Of a stretch of 64,000 bases of DNA, positions 43,039 to 57,267 are shown piece by piece. The notes beneath the pieces are model-generated. The model worked only from the letters and a program-made list of their open reading frames with translations, was not told the origin of the DNA and made no database searches. The position numbers and the translations under genes were made by a program. The stretch is taken from NCBI GenBank assembly GCA_964016885.1, contig OZ024740.1, positions 348,006,001-348,070,000 on the forward strand. Direction: 5' to 3'. This stretch comes from Eledone cirrhosa. Lineage: Eukaryota. How positions within the stretch are numbered: the first letter of the stretch is position 1; each line of letters begins with the position of its first letter.

Positions 43039-43295
43039 TATGTATGTATGTATGTATGTGTGTGTGAGTGTGTATATTTATATATATGTATGTATGTATG
43101 TAAATGATTTTGCTTCACAATTACGTGATTCTGGGTTCAGTCTCACTGTAAAGTTCCTTGGACAAATCATCATCATCATCATTGTTTAACGTCCATTCTC
43201 CACGCTAGCATAGGTTCTCGAGTTGAGCAATGCTTTGTGTGTAGAGTTTTCTGAGGGAAACAGCAGACCCCCCAAAACCCACCCCACCCCCACCA

Positions 43296-43348
<53 letters not shown>

Positions 43349-43619
43349 GCACTATAGCATGATTTATAACAGAAGTGTATATGAAAAAATATATACTCTA
43401 TCTTTAAAAGAATCATGCTAGGAATGTTTTAAGCTATGCAAGTTTAGCAATGAAAGTTACTTTAGGTAATTAGTTATGCATCCCAATACTGACCAGAGAA
43501 TGTGGAGAACATAATGGCCTTTTATTTGTAAGCCTTTTACTGGATTCTTTTATTTATATTACTCCGTATTTTTACTGACCATCTTGGGGCTCACCTCCAA
43601 AGGAAGTATTTGGTTATAT

Positions 43620-43895
43620 CAACCACAGCACTTATTCATGTCTATGACTTACTTTATCGAACAGTTTTGGTCAAATCGCTTAAATTATGTGAGAAAAATA
43701 AAAACAGACACAGGGGACAAACTCATATCCAGCTAAGATATACAACACACTGTCTCAGACACACAGTTTCTACTAATATTCACTAAAAAAGCATTGGCCA
43801 GCACGAAGCTGTTGTAGGAGAAACTTACCCAATGTGCCAGGTTGTGCAACTGAACATGAAACCACATGGTTACAAATCCTTATTATTAGTCACAC
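43620..43895 (-). mobile_element. Old SINE (second family), degenerate
   Basis: cagtttctactaatattcact..gcattggcc..acttacccaatgtgcc..ctgaac..aaaccacatggttac. Related remnants at about 6490-6690, 7630-7790, 36580-36720 and 49450-49600. Confidence 0.5.
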
Positions 43896-44478
43896 AACCA
43901 TGCCTAATTGTGTCAAACATAAAATCTCTATGGAAATTCTTATTTTCCGTTCAAGAGTCATGGCGACTTCCCTGGTCCCCGCCTTCACCTTTTGAATATT
44001 TTAGGGCTGGAAAGAAACATCAGAATTCGCCTCTGATACGTTGCCAACTTCAAAATTCATTCAGTGACATTCATTGACTGGTCTAAGGATAGAATAAATA
44101 CAAATGGGCTAGAAAACGATTTTTCGAAAAATCATAATTTAGACTATTATTAAGTAATTTGTATAAACCTATGAGAATTAACATGTTCCCAAAGCATTTA
44201 ATATTATATAATTGGATGGGATGTAAAGCTCATTAAATATCATCCGATTAATTTATTTATTTAGTTACGTATAAACTGTGTCAGTATATGTTTGTCTCTG
44301 TTGGAAATCCAATGATGTGACATTGACAGCTGGGTGTCCTCGAAATGATTCGATAATGTTTCACAATACGTTCGCCTCATGTGAAAACATTTTGTTCAGA
44401 GATTAATTCTTTACTCTGTAAATATTTACATACTGATCTACTTATGTGTCTGCTTTCCCCTCTCTCCTCATCTTCGTG

Positions 44479-44531
<53 letters not shown>

Positions 44532-45605
44532 CAAACAAAGCGCAGGAGTCAATCGTACACAGTTGTATTATGTTCACGCTTCGTGGGAGCATATATATAT
44601 ATACATGTGTCCATGAGTGTGTGTGTATATAGTGTTGAATATATAAAAAGCTGGAACCTTCATGAGGTTAGTTGAAAGATTAACTAACTAATGATCATGA
44701 ATCCATATTGTGCTTGTTGTTGCTGTTGTTTAGCAATAGTCTACTGCTTTTGCTTTTATAAGGCAGTAATGTGGGATAATTAGCTACTTTCATTGCAGGT
44801 CAAGCAACTATACGGACCCTCCTCGTTTTAGTCATGATTGCAGTTTGTAAGCCATGGCTCGTGCATATATGCCAAATTTTACATGTTTGACTTACTTATT
44901 TTACATTACTCCGGAGTAAACAAACTAACCTGCGTACTTCGGCGAATGCTCACCCTTGACTCTCAACAAATGAACCTAAATCCAAGAACATTTCAGAATA
45001 CTACTACAGTAAAACATCACCTTCCTCCTGTTATAATTGTAGTCAGCATGTTTTCTCTTTATATATATATATGTATGTATTGCCTCCTTAACCGCTATAT
45101 TAACTTACCTATGATATTGCTACTCTGTTAATGTTATCTTATACATGTATGTTATTGATGATGTGAAAGCTAAACAACCTCATGATTCGAACTAACAATC
45201 CCTTCATATAATATAGACCACGTAAATATTGAACCCACCTCACACCACAAATATTACTATCCTCACTACAATGATAAATATTCATCTGTCAGATAATAAA
45301 TAATTCTTACGGTCACCAAACCTACAGTAAAGGAAATGGTACATTGTTTAAAGCCACCGGCTTATCTTTACACTATATATAATACGCCCATGACAGCTTT
45401 TACATGTCAAATTCATACATCTGCCTCATGTCAGCTAGTTTTACACGCTAAAGTCGTAGATATACTATGTTTCTTACTTAGATTGATGTTTTAATTATTT
45501 CAAATAATTTATTGCTAGAATTGTTAGTATTGTTGTTATTGTTCTGATTGAATGCCATTACTACTATATATAGTAACCATGCTTGTATACTCCTTTCATT
45601 CTCGT

Positions 45606-45940
45606 AAGCTCTGGTGAATAGACTGGTTACAACTATGTATTGGTGATCGAATGACGTGAAAACAAGCGGGTAGAGATCTCTAGACCTACCAGTTCAGAGA
45701 AACAATTGTCAGCAATGAGATTAAAAAACTTTTTTGTATAGCAAACCGTGTCACTCTTCTTTCCTGATTTATCATTACTCCAAGTGTTAACAACATAGAC
45801 ATCACCGCGTACTCGCAGCATCACTATGGAAACGCCTTGTTGAGTCAAACTTAGCCAAGCGTTGATATCATCCACTACTCGGAGTACCCTAACTGGACTA
45901 CACCTAAGTGGACTACCTATAACAATAATCTGTTACCCCG
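45606..45940 (+). mobile_element. PLE pLTR remnant with degenerate hammerhead
   Basis: gct-CTGGTGA-..actggt...accagt..-GAAA-caattg-TC-agc (45608-45713). Tail has gagtac at 45882, then (TA)n. Confidence 0.6.
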
Positions 45941-46035
45941 TATATATATATAAATATATATATGTATATATTGCACACGCACGCATATATATATATATAT
46001 ATATTGACATAAACATACACACACACACACATATG

Positions 46036-46118
<83 letters not shown>

Positions 46119-46602
46119 TCTTTATTTTTGAAAGTATTTGTATAACTGATATGATAGATATTTATATACATATGTGTCTGTAAATTGTAAGCATGAACGT
46201 TCTGTATGAACGTTTGTGGGTATGTATGAGTGTGACGAGTTTGTGTTTGTTGCGCCTTTGTTCTGTTAGGCAAAAACCAATGACTTTCAAGTTTTCGCCT
46301 TAAATACAATGAAAACAAATTGTATAATGATAAACTAGTTTGGGTTAAGACAATAAAGGCTGTCAACTAATAATTTATAATCAATATACCCGCAGACAAT
46401 AACTCGAATATATACACATATATATATATATATATCTGTATTTGAATTGGTGCTCCAACATAGCGGCATACACATAAATCTACGTACTGTATATTGAATG
46501 ATATACGGGATGATTACGAAAACCTTTGAGGGGCTTTCGCTATGAATTTTCTCGGTTATAACCAACGTCACACACCTAATATCAGCAAAAGCACGGTTAA
46601 GT

Positions 46603-46642
<40 letters not shown>

Positions 46643-46784
46643 TATATTCGTAAGTCACATTTAAATACTAATAAATAGCCATGTATATAGCCAGGAATGA
46701 TTAAATGGTCAGTTGACAAAATCTTACGTTCACCTATGTACACAAAAAATATGTTTAGCACCCACGCACTCACATCTCTCTCTC

Positions 46785-46825
<41 letters not shown>

Positions 46826-46839
46826 CTAACACACACAGA

Positions 46840-47660
46840 TCCTTCCTTGATGAAGTCACTGCAGCATTAGATATATTTAGAATATATCTAAGCCTCGAGA
46901 GTCAATATGTACAGAAGGGAAGAGAGAGTTCATCGTTGACGGACCGATTACATGATCTTCAACAGTCCTGAAGGGTGGTCATTTACTTTGAGAACCGAGC
47001 AGATGTCGCTGTGCATTGCAGCAATCTAGTCTCTGAAGATGGGACCGAAGCCAGCTGCGTTAAGGATAGCCTCCAGATATCGATTGCCGACTTTTTCGAA
47101 AGCTTTTGATTTATCTAAATTGATCAGATCCCCACCGAAGCCAGAGTACCTGCCTATCCTCTCTGTGATGTATCGAATGAAGTGGAGGTTGTCGTGTATG
47201 GATCTGGCCGGGATTGCGCAAATATGCACATCCATTATCAAACCCTCGGTGACAAGCCCCAACCTCATCGCAAAAACCTTGGTCAAAATCTTAAACTTTG
47301 TGTTTACCAGATTTATGGGCCTGAAATTGTCTAATGCGTCTCACTTGTTCTCATCTTTTCTCATCAGCGTTACTGTGGCCCGACTCACAGAACTAGAATA
47401 TTCCCGTTCTGCTGCCAGTTGCAATAGACCGAGTCGGGGACAACGGAGAACAAGCCTGACATATCTACGTAAAGTTCGTAGGGCAGACCATCCAAAGCGG
47501 GTAAATTGCGCCTCGTGCAGCCGACCAAGGCATCCTCTTTCGCAGCACTCAGCATCAGCTGGTGAGAGAAGCAGTATGACCTCGAGGTTGTGACAGAAAT
47601 CCGCTACCGTCCTCGGTCCACCGCTTCCTTCGAATAGTCGCGCAAAGTGCTTCATGCTAA
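46840..47660 (-). pseudogene. L1/Tx1-clade LINE reverse transcriptase fragment
   Basis: DNFRPINLVNTKFKILTKVFAMRL, CAIPARSIHDNLHFIR, LINLDKSKAFEKV, FGPIF, SVRQ..LSSLLYILTLE. Several stops. Confidence 0.85.
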
Positions 47661-47943
47661 GAGGACCTTCCGTTTTTCGTTGGCCTTTCTTGCTACCACG
47701 AAGTTTTCTTTGAGTGTGCTTTGTTGTTGTGATTGTTTTCGTTTGGGTGGTTGTGGTAGCGGTGTTGGTATCGCTTTTGCTGTAGATGTGCCTGCGTTTT
47801 CTGTTGTGTGCGTTTGCATTTTGAGGTGTTTTCCTTTTTGGTGTTCACGTTTTTGTCTTTTTGGTCTTCGTGGATGTCCCTCGTCTTCTCGTAGCGAAGA
47901 CGAGGTCTCTTTGTCTGTTTCAGATGTCTGTATGTTTGTGATT

Positions 47944-48751
47944 GTCTTTGCTTCATTTATTTATGGTCGATAAAAAAAGTACCAGTCAAGTATTGAGGTC
48001 AATTCGTCATCTATATCTCTTTCTCTCTTCCATTCACTAACTCGCTATCCATCGCTGGAAGAAATCTGATTTACTCAGATCTAGAGAGGATTGGGTACCG
48101 CCAGGTTTAAAACTGCCATAGAAACACCGTATGTCAATACGGCGCCCCTACAACTCCTTCGGGAGTTACGGGACCATGTATACCAAACACATCCTTGCTT
48201 GTCAAGCAAAACATTTTAAAGATTGTCTCTGGTTTGAGAAATCATTATTTAATTTATATTGCATAGAAACAATCGTATGATTAGAGTTAAGGGAAGAGAA
48301 TCTACGTAAAATCTCAACATACTAGATATAACACCATTTTCCATCGAATGCACAAGCTGCTGTCTTCCAATACGGAGACAGTGGATATATATACAGTATA
48401 CCCGAGAAAAACGTTAGGATAATTATGACTGGAAAGCCTTTGATAAATCGCACTGTCCTGGAGTGAAACAACAACCAAATCTATGGCCAACAGTATTTAT
48501 ATTAGTAAGGGAATTTTTATTTTAAATAATTGTTTCTACTTTAGGCACAAGGCCAGCAATTATTCAGTGCATTACTGGTACTTTATTTTATCGACCCCGT
48601 AAGGATGAAAGGCAAAGTCAACCTCGGCGGGATTTGAACTCAGATCGTAAAGGGACGTAACTATGCTGGAATGACTGATGGAAAATACCCCATGGAGCGT
48701 TCTGCTTAGTAGATTCTCACATATGTATTATAGATAACTGAAAAAAGTTAA
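47944..48751 (+). repeat. Local segmental duplication, copy 1 (copy 2 at 52103-52852)
   Basis: Colinear high identity from tctttgcttcatttatt to gataactgaaaaaagttaa. Confidence 0.92.
48526..48670 (-). mobile_element. SINE S1 inserted only in duplication copy 1
   Basis: Absent at the equivalent site tattttaaataatgactgatgg (about 52761-52782). Confidence 0.88.
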
Positions 48752-50388
48752 GAGTGATGCGTCCAGCAGTGGACTGCTATATTTTAAAAAAAGGGGACAA
48801 AATAAATCTATTGTCAAAAGCCTCACTGCCACCATCATTCCGGCAGAGTTTTTTTCTGAAAAGTTAGTTAAGTTATGCTTTAACAAACGCACACACAAAC
48901 ACATTTTTACACGTATATCTCACCAGTCTATTATAGGCTTATTAACCATCCTAAATCAATATAGCTGTTGTTTTTGCCTTTTACATAAAAAAAATATACG
49001 AATAACATTTGACAGTATATTTTGTATAGTAATAAGTAAAATGAGATAAGAGTAATGACTTAAATGTACCAATGGTGTGAATTTGGATAACATATATATT
49101 CATCTTCCTCCCAAAAAGCGAGTATATACGTAGTAGCTCAACATTTTAGATGTAGTAGACATACTTCCCAACAAATTACATATTGACCATCATAATATAG
49201 GCCAAAATAATACCATACTTGAAATAAATGGCAAGAACTTTTTTTTTCTGAAAAAATAAAAGTTACTTACAGCCAGTAAATGTTCATCGTTCTGTAGACG
49301 ATCTCGGTATCCACTATCGCACTAAGACGGCTTCAGCCTGAATTTACTAGGGTCGTGTTAATCTCTGCGAAACAAACTCAATGCGTGTGAATCTATTTCA
49401 AACTGGAGATCATAAAAGTTTTTCTATTTTTTTTTTCAATTTGCCCCATCATTCATTAGGTTAAAACATCTCTTCATAATCATGAATCGGTTCGATTCTA
49501 CTGGTTTTTTGGGCAAGTTTCATTTACCATATATCTGGGAGGCCCAAGCATTGTGAATGAAATCACGTTAGCAGAAAATGTTTATAAGCCAGTCAAAGAA
49601 CCTTTATATGCTGAATCTCCACAAGAATTTAGTTACAATTATACATGTCTGTGAAATACTCAGCTACTTTGAATCAATTTTGTAAGTAATCGATTCATCA
49701 TCATCGTCGAATCATCATCATCATCATCGAATCCAGCAGAAGTCCATTTCACTTTTACATCTACTTAAATTTCTACCGCTTTCCTAATTTTATTCCACCA
49801 TATTGTATACTTGTCATAATTAATTACTATAACAACAACCAATTTCCGTTATCCTAAGGAAAGTAAAAATATCTCAGACACTTCTTATTTTCCTCTTCAA
49901 CATTTCCATTACCATATTTCTAATAAAAGTCACTGTCTGTGGAGTTCAAATAACTTTGAAAATAATGAAGAATGTACGTATAATTATTCGGTAAATAATA
50001 AACTTTCTCATTATTAGGCTGGTATTTGAAGCAAAACTGAACAAAGTCTCTTACATTGAATTGTGATTGATAATTTGTTTAGATAAATACAAACATTACA
50101 AACGGTCTCATCGATTTGGTATCTAAAGTGTTAAGCCAACAAATAATATCAATTTTTTAATAATAATTTTATACATTTTCAAAAGGATGATTTATTGGAA
50201 AAGAAAATAACTACAAAGTGTTAAAGTAATAACTGGAGGTGGGGTTATGAGTTTCTGATGTGCATAACTTCGAATGCATTAAATAAAGAGAATTGGCTTT
50301 ATTCGTGAATCGAAGACAGTCATGATCTCGTTCGCACAATTCCGCTAGCCACACAATGACTTTCCTATGTAAAATAGTAGTTTATTCA

Positions 50389-50563
50389 CAGACCTACCAA
50401 CCTCTAAATAACCAAACGGGGACTACCATGAAAAAAGTCGGAGAAATGAAACAAAATGGGGAGATTTTACATAATGAAAGCTATACCCATTTTCACAAAA
50501 AAGGGGAGAAGTGAGCCAAAACGAGGAGATCTCCCCGTCGAGCGGGGAGAGTTGACAGGTCTG
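50389..50563. mobile_element. MITE-like DNA element with TIRs and 6-bp TSD
   Basis: cagacctaccaac / gttgacaggtctg, with tattca at 50383-50388 and 50564-50569. Confidence 0.65.
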
Positions 50564-52102
50564 TATTCAAAGGCTGCTAGCCATTCGTTCAACGCTTCTC
50601 CATTTCTGGAGGTAGGAACATTGTGAGTCTTCTTCTACACCTTATCTCACTGGATAATGGAACCGATTCCCTGGTAAAATAGATACAAGGAAAGAGACAG
50701 AAAAATAGATCGAATTATCTCCCAGTAATTCACAGATACTTATTTCTCGACAATAAAATGATGAATTGAAAGCTGGCGTCGGTAGGAATTTGGACACGGA
50801 GCTGCTGAGAGAGACTGAATAAATATTGAAAAGTAAGCTATTCGACGTTATTACTAATCTGCTAATTCACTGCCCATAGTCAAGAAATGGTATCGATATA
50901 TGTCTCTACACCTTCCCCAATACCAAAATGTGTTATTACTTTGTATTCCTATTTTTAGATATCAAAACTTTTATTTTTATTGAACACTAGGTGTAAAAAA
51001 TAAAATGTGTTATTCCCGATTTTAATTCATATAATTTATAGCGATTATTGAGAAAGAATATGCTACTTGATAACATTTAGACAGCTATCTTTGGAGAATT
51101 GTGCTGGCCGAATATATATAGCGGAAGGGGAAAATCTTATCTGTTATATATATCATAGTTTATTTTATTGCAATTTCTCTATTTAAAAAAAATTACTGAG
51201 ACATGATTCCACTTTTGATAAAAAGAATATACTGGAATAATTCAACAAAAGTCTTCATTTTTTTATTTTTAATATCTTATTTATTTTCTTTTTCGTAAAA
51301 TATATTTATACAAACAAGTTATGAGTAAAATATGAGATGACCAACTTAAAAACAAAATAGAATGACAAAATGAAAGAAAATAATCCACATGTCAAATAAA
51401 TGTAGTAGAGTGTATTAAATTTCATTTTGAAATATTTACATTTCAACGAGACAAAAGTGAAATAGAAAACATATGGAAATGTAGAGAACAATGAATACTT
51501 GTGTGTGTAGATATAATATGAGAGATTTATGGCCATGGGCAATTGAAATTTACAATGTCTATGCCTTTATTAAACATCTTCAGCTGGTATTTGAAACTGA
51601 CACCAGAGGTGTAGTTTACTGTTAAAATTAACACTAGCGCCTACACCGTAGTTAGCCTTCGGCGGATGTAACTCTATTGCAAGAGCTAGGAGAAATTTTT
51701 CAGCGAAACGGATAACATCTTCCTTCGCACTTTTGCCTAGAGTGGCAATTGAAGAGACGTAATTTCTTCGCCCACCCCAACTATTTCCCCCTCAACCTCA
51801 AGAAGTACAGAGATTCATAACTGCAGGTTTTCTTCCAATGACTAAGCTATTAAAAATTACCAAATGAATACATCAGCTTCCATATCTAATAATACATCAG
51901 ATTCCATACCTAATAATTTTTCGAATCACGAAGATTCCTAAATCAGTTGCTTATCTCTAGATTACATAGCAATAAGTGGATTAGAGAAACCACATCTGAA
52001 TTGGATGTTGTTATATCAAACTCAAAGACGGCGAATTGGAAGAGTTGTTAGAATGTCGGATAGAATGCTTGCGGTATTCGTTTCGGCTCTTTGAGATAAA
52101 AA

Positions 52103-52852
52103 ATCTTTGCTTCATTTATTCATGGTCGATAAAAAAGTACCAGTCAAGTATTGGGGTCGATTCGTCATCTATATCTCTTTCTCTCTTCCATTCACTAACT
52201 CGCTATCCATCGCTGGAAGAAATCTGATTTACTCAGATCTAGAGAGGATTGGGCACCGCCAGGTTTAAAACTGCCCTAGAAACAACGTATGTCAATACGG
52301 CGCCCTCTACAACACTTCGGGAGTTACGGGACCATGTATACCAAACACATCCTTGCTTGTCAAGCAAAACATTTTAAAGATTGTGTCTGGTTTGAGAAAT
52401 CATTATTTAATTTATAAAATAATGTACCAGTAATGTACTGGGTAATTGCTGGCCTTGTGCCAAAAATAGAAACAATTATTTTATTTATATTGCATAGAAA
52501 CAATCCTATGAGTTGAGTTAAGGGAAGAGAATCTACGTAAAATCTACGTAACATACTAGATATAACACCATTTCCCCTCGAATGCGCAAGCTGCTGTCTT
52601 CCAAACATACATATACGGAGACAGTGGATATATATACAGTATACCCGAGAAAAACGTTAGGATAATTATGACTGGAAAGCCTTTGATAAATCGCACTGTC
52701 CTGGAGTGAAACAACAACCAAATCTATGGCCAACAGTATTTATATTAGTAAGGGAATTTTTATTTTAAATAATGACTGATGGAAAATACCTCTTGGAGCG
52801 TTCTGTTTAGTAGATTCTCACATATGTATTATAGATAACTGAAAAAAGTTAA
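52103..52852 (+). repeat. Local segmental duplication, copy 2
   Basis: See 47944-48751. Carries its own SINE 3' stub at about 52416-52475. Confidence 0.92.
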
Positions 52853-53799
52853 ATCACCTGCAATTATCCAAAGTGTTAACAGAAGAGCACCTACGAGGCG
52901 AATATTTAAAATCTAAATGCAGCAAATTTACTCATTTCTAACACTAGAGAGAATGGAGATTGGAGTGGAACTGTTCATTATAGCAAACTGATGAGGTATT
53001 ACATCTACTAGAATCTGTATACTTAAACAAACTAACTATTATCAAATACTACTGGATATACAATTTTAAGAAATGTGTGACACTAAGCGTAGCAGGATAG
53101 ACACACTATCTAATGGCCCTTTATCATTCGTCCGTGGTCTATATAAGAAAATACCACAATTTAAACGAACACAGTAACAAGAAGCTGTCCATTGATCTCG
53201 TACGCTTGTGGAACATTCCACATTTCCCGTGGATCGCGGTCGTATGCCTTTTTGATGTCCACGAAACAAGACTACACTTATTAGCAATGCTCTCTCGAAG
53301 TCTCTAGGACTGTTCGTTATCTAGCACACACTCAGCAATGTCCCTACATCTCTTAGCATAGGCTATATCAGGGAGGCTTAACAAAGAGATTCCTCTAAAA
53401 TTTGAGCAATCTCTTCTGTTTCCCTTTTCGAAAATTGGGATTACCACTCTCGATTGCCCTATGTTGTATCGATATTAGAAAATTATATTTATTATATTCC
53501 TTTGGTTAATATATTGCTCTTGACTTGCACTTCAGAAAATATCCCTAATTTGTCATCGTCTGCACCTAGAATACATTACAAAATATGACCATTTTAAGGT
53601 AATGAGGAAGGATATTTCTGAACACAGAGAGTTTCTCTAACCACATTGGTTGCAACAGAGATTTAAAAATGTAACTATTTTGCTGGATTGTTAACATATT
53701 GCTTCTTAAACAAGAAAAAAGTCAATTCGTAAGAACTTGGTGTATTTCGGGTACTCATCGTATAAGAGAATAGCAGATTTACTCTCCTGAATGCAAAGG

Positions 53800-54045
53800 A
53801 GTTAATATAATTAGGAACAAAATCCTTTTCGTCTGAGACTTCACCGACTCCATTATAATCTACCTAAGGTCTCATCGAGACAAACATTTGATGAATCAAG
53901 GAAGAAGCCTATATGTTGTGGCACGGGATTGGTAGAAAACGCAGCCAACCCTCGGAATGGTTGGATGGAATGATATAGTCCTGTGAATATTATGTCGGGG
54001 AAACAAAAACAGGACGTGGTGGCGACGACAATAGCAACAAAACTA
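53800..54045 (+). pseudogene. Old RTE (BovB-like) 3' remnant
   Basis: EEAYMLWHGIGRKRSQPSEWLDGM resembles the EK.IMLG..GKR.RGRP..RWLDGI motif. Confidence 0.4.
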
Positions 54046-54489
54046 AAAGGAAAAATATTAGACATAAATTCATGACATGAAACATGTAACTAGTCAATAT
54101 TAAAGTTGACAGTAATGACAAACTGCAGTTTCAACGTTTCATGTCTCTTAATTCGACAATAAATAACATGAGCTGTGGGTTATCCAATATGATCTATGCG
54201 CTAAACTGTTCGGTGTCTCCTTCCTCTCTTTCATTCTTTCTCATTCTATCTTTCTCTGGCTCTCATTGTTATTTTTATTTTTTAGTTTTTTTGTATCTAC
54301 CACTATCCTTTGTCTGTTTATCTTTCATTTTGCGTCCAGTGCCGGGACAAAAGATCACGGCAACAACAGCAGCACCAAAAGCAGCTAAGCAACCACCAAG
54401 CAACAACTAAGACAGAATCACCCCAAGGGGAAGATAAGGAGAGCCCTCCCATTCCCTCACCTCTCCCCGAATAATAAATACACACCCTT

Positions 54490-55100
54490 TTACCATTCCT
54501 TCCTTTCAATTGCTATTTTTTGGTTACGTATCTGCTCGAATCGCTTTTATGATTACTTCGTTGTCTTCCTTCCAAACTCTCTTCTGGATGTCTCTTCTTC
54601 TCCATGTTTCTTGTCGAATCTACTACATGGTCCTTTTCATCGCTTATTTTGCTTTCTTTTGGTTAAATGTCCTGCACACCACCACTTAGGTGTTGTCATT
54701 TTCTGGAGAGCATCTCTAACTCCTGTCTTCCTTCGTACATCTTCAACATTCTTCTTTCAATAGTACATATCATTGTTTTGATTATTTCTTTTCATGCTCC
54801 ACTTTGGCTTGCATGTTCTCCAGTATACTACTTCTGGAAACATGCACAAGTTTCAAACTTTCTGTTTAAAAGACAAGGGAAATGTTTGTTGCAAAATATA
54901 CTACTCTACATTCTGAAAAAATATTATCTCACCATTGACCTTGTTTTCAACCTTTACTCCGTGTCTGACATGTCATCTAGAAAACTAGTAGTGAATTGAT
55001 GCATACTGTGACATATTATATACAGAAGAAAAGGTGACAGTGGATGCATGAATCACGATAAGGTGCATTTCCATATCTCTAGTAACTTTGTTTTTGTAGG
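54490..55100 (-). pseudogene. Old RTE 3' fragment
   Basis: FPLSFKQKV*NLCMFPEVVY, NVEDVRRKTGVRDALQKMTTPKWWCAGHL. Confidence 0.65.
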
Positions 55101-55344
55101 AAAATCAGTATGTATGTGTATTTTTAATTGCTTTGCTGAAGATAGAAACGCAAAGGCTCATAACGATGACCAGGACCTCAAACACTGCTATGAGGAATAA
55201 AAGTATTTCCATCAGGAAACCTGACCTAAATACTTGCAACCGATTACACGCTCAAGGCCCTAAATAAAGGAAATATGGATTTTCACCAGGTGATGTATGT
55301 ATGTATGTATGTATGTATGTATGTATGTATGTATGTATGTATGT

Positions 55345-55961
55345 CGGGTCATTCTTGAGTGCTACTGGTAACATGTAACCCAGTACAACCTGGCGCATGG
55401 TCGGGTCGTCGGCGACTGACCCGGCAACCCCACCAAGTTCACTTGGTGAGGAGGTGATTGTGGACACCTTGCAGGACAAAAAACAAAACCTGACAAAGGG
55501 TGGAAGAACTCATAAGAGTCAACGGCCATCCAGAAATGTGTAAATATGTATATACACATGTACATATATATGTATATGTGTATATACATGAGTGCATGTG
55601 TATGTATATGCGCGGGGACATAGAAATAGTCAGGCTGGACACCCGATCGCGCGGTTAAACCATTGGGAGTGAAGGACCCCTAGTTTTTGTCAAGGCATTC
55701 TTCTATGAGAATGCAACTCAGGAAACTGGGATAACTCCGATATAAAACCTGCGGCTCAGTAGTTACCGATGATGTTGATCTGTTCTTCTTTTCGGATTAT
55801 AGCTACTGTCGCTCAGAGAGTGGGATTGGCTCAGTGCACAGTCTTTCCTCACTTTAAAAAACATCTTCACGCACAGGCATTGCACGATAGAATAATTAAT
55901 AATTATTAATATTGGTATATCGTGCAATGGCCATACTCGATAACGAGGGGGCGGCTATCAT
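55345..55961 (+). mobile_element. Longest family F RTE-derived non-autonomous element
   Basis: GC-rich structured 5' end, body shared with the copies at 9973 and 42569, RTE-type 3' end. (TATG)n on both sides. Confidence 0.87.
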
Positions 55962-56195
55962 GTATGTATGTGTGATACCTGGTGAATTGGCAGAATCGTT
56001 AGACAGCCGGATACAATACTTTCATAATTTAATTCCAATTCAAGATGTTCAAACACCACCGAGGCCGTCTTGCAAGGTCGATAAGTAAATGATGAAGACA
56101 ATCGTTGACCATGACATGGCATAATATGTTTCTTCTTATATAACTATGTCTGCATATGTATGTATTTATGCATGTATGTATGTATGTATGTATGA

Positions 56196-56470
56196 TTAAG
56201 AGAGTGGGACTGGCTTTGTGCAGTGCTTACTATAAAAGCTTCACGGCACAGGCATTGCTTTATATCTGGAGATCTCTCTGGACTTGTCGTCACATGGTAC
56301 CATGGGCCCAGCACTATGTGTCAATAATTGCGACAGATGCAGTGTTTGTACCAGAGTTTTCAAGTCCCTGGTTGGACTAAAAAGTCACACTCGTTCAGCG
56401 CATCAGTAGGGGTTCTCCTACATGGATATAAAGTAGTGGTCGTACTCGAAAACGAGTTGGGAGCCACCAT
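56196..56470 (+). mobile_element. Family G element, 5'-truncated
   Basis: Matches 42278-42555; (TATG)n flanks. Confidence 0.85.
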
Positions 56471-56899
56471 GTATGTATGTAGGTAGGTAAGTAGGTAAGT
56501 TGGTAATTAGGTAGGTATTTATGGCAATGAATGATTCTCTGTTTGTTACTGAGTCTGGACGTCTTTGCGTTTGTAAATGATTGAATGCATATGTGTTTTG
56601 AATGTGTATGAGCATTTCTAATTGTCTGTGGAAATCTATTTCTGTGCGGTGTTTGTCAATGTATACACAAATGTGTGTATGTAAATGCGCCTATACAATT
56701 TTGCATGTGGTCTTTATGTATGTGGATCTGTGTGTGGAAATGTTTGACATATTATTTATATCAGTAAGCGACATCAGTGAGTCTTCGTCGTATCTATAAG
56801 CAGCAAGTAACTCATGACATATATATTATGTAAAGATATATATATATATATGTAAAGATATATATATGTAAAGATATATATATACTGTATTATATAAAT

Positions 56900-57043
56900 A
56901 ACTATTTTTACTTTTGGCACAAGGCCAGCAATTACGCCAGTACATTACTGGTGCTTTATTTTATTTAGGGATGAAAGGCAAAGTTAACCTCGGTGGTATT
57001 TGAAATTACACCGTAAAGGGCCGGAGTTCAAATCCTACCGAGG
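56900..57043 (-). mobile_element. SINE S1 with short inverted 5' piece
   Basis: Minus-strand SINE to about 57022, followed by plus-strand gagttcaaatcctaccgagg. Confidence 0.65.
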
Positions 57044-57141
57044 GATATTTAATTACGTTATAATTATTTCATGTTCTTATAATTATTTATACTAAACTTG
57101 TCCTATAGACTGAGTAGAGATATTTCTACCAAATCGTTATT

Positions 57142-57266
<125 letters not shown>

Positions 57267-57267
57267 A

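Noticed and set aside
51866-51917. 24-bp tandem duplication (also a 9-bp tandem at 37545-37581 and a diverged repeat at 18590-18785)
   Set aside because: Ordinary slippage duplications with no further structure.
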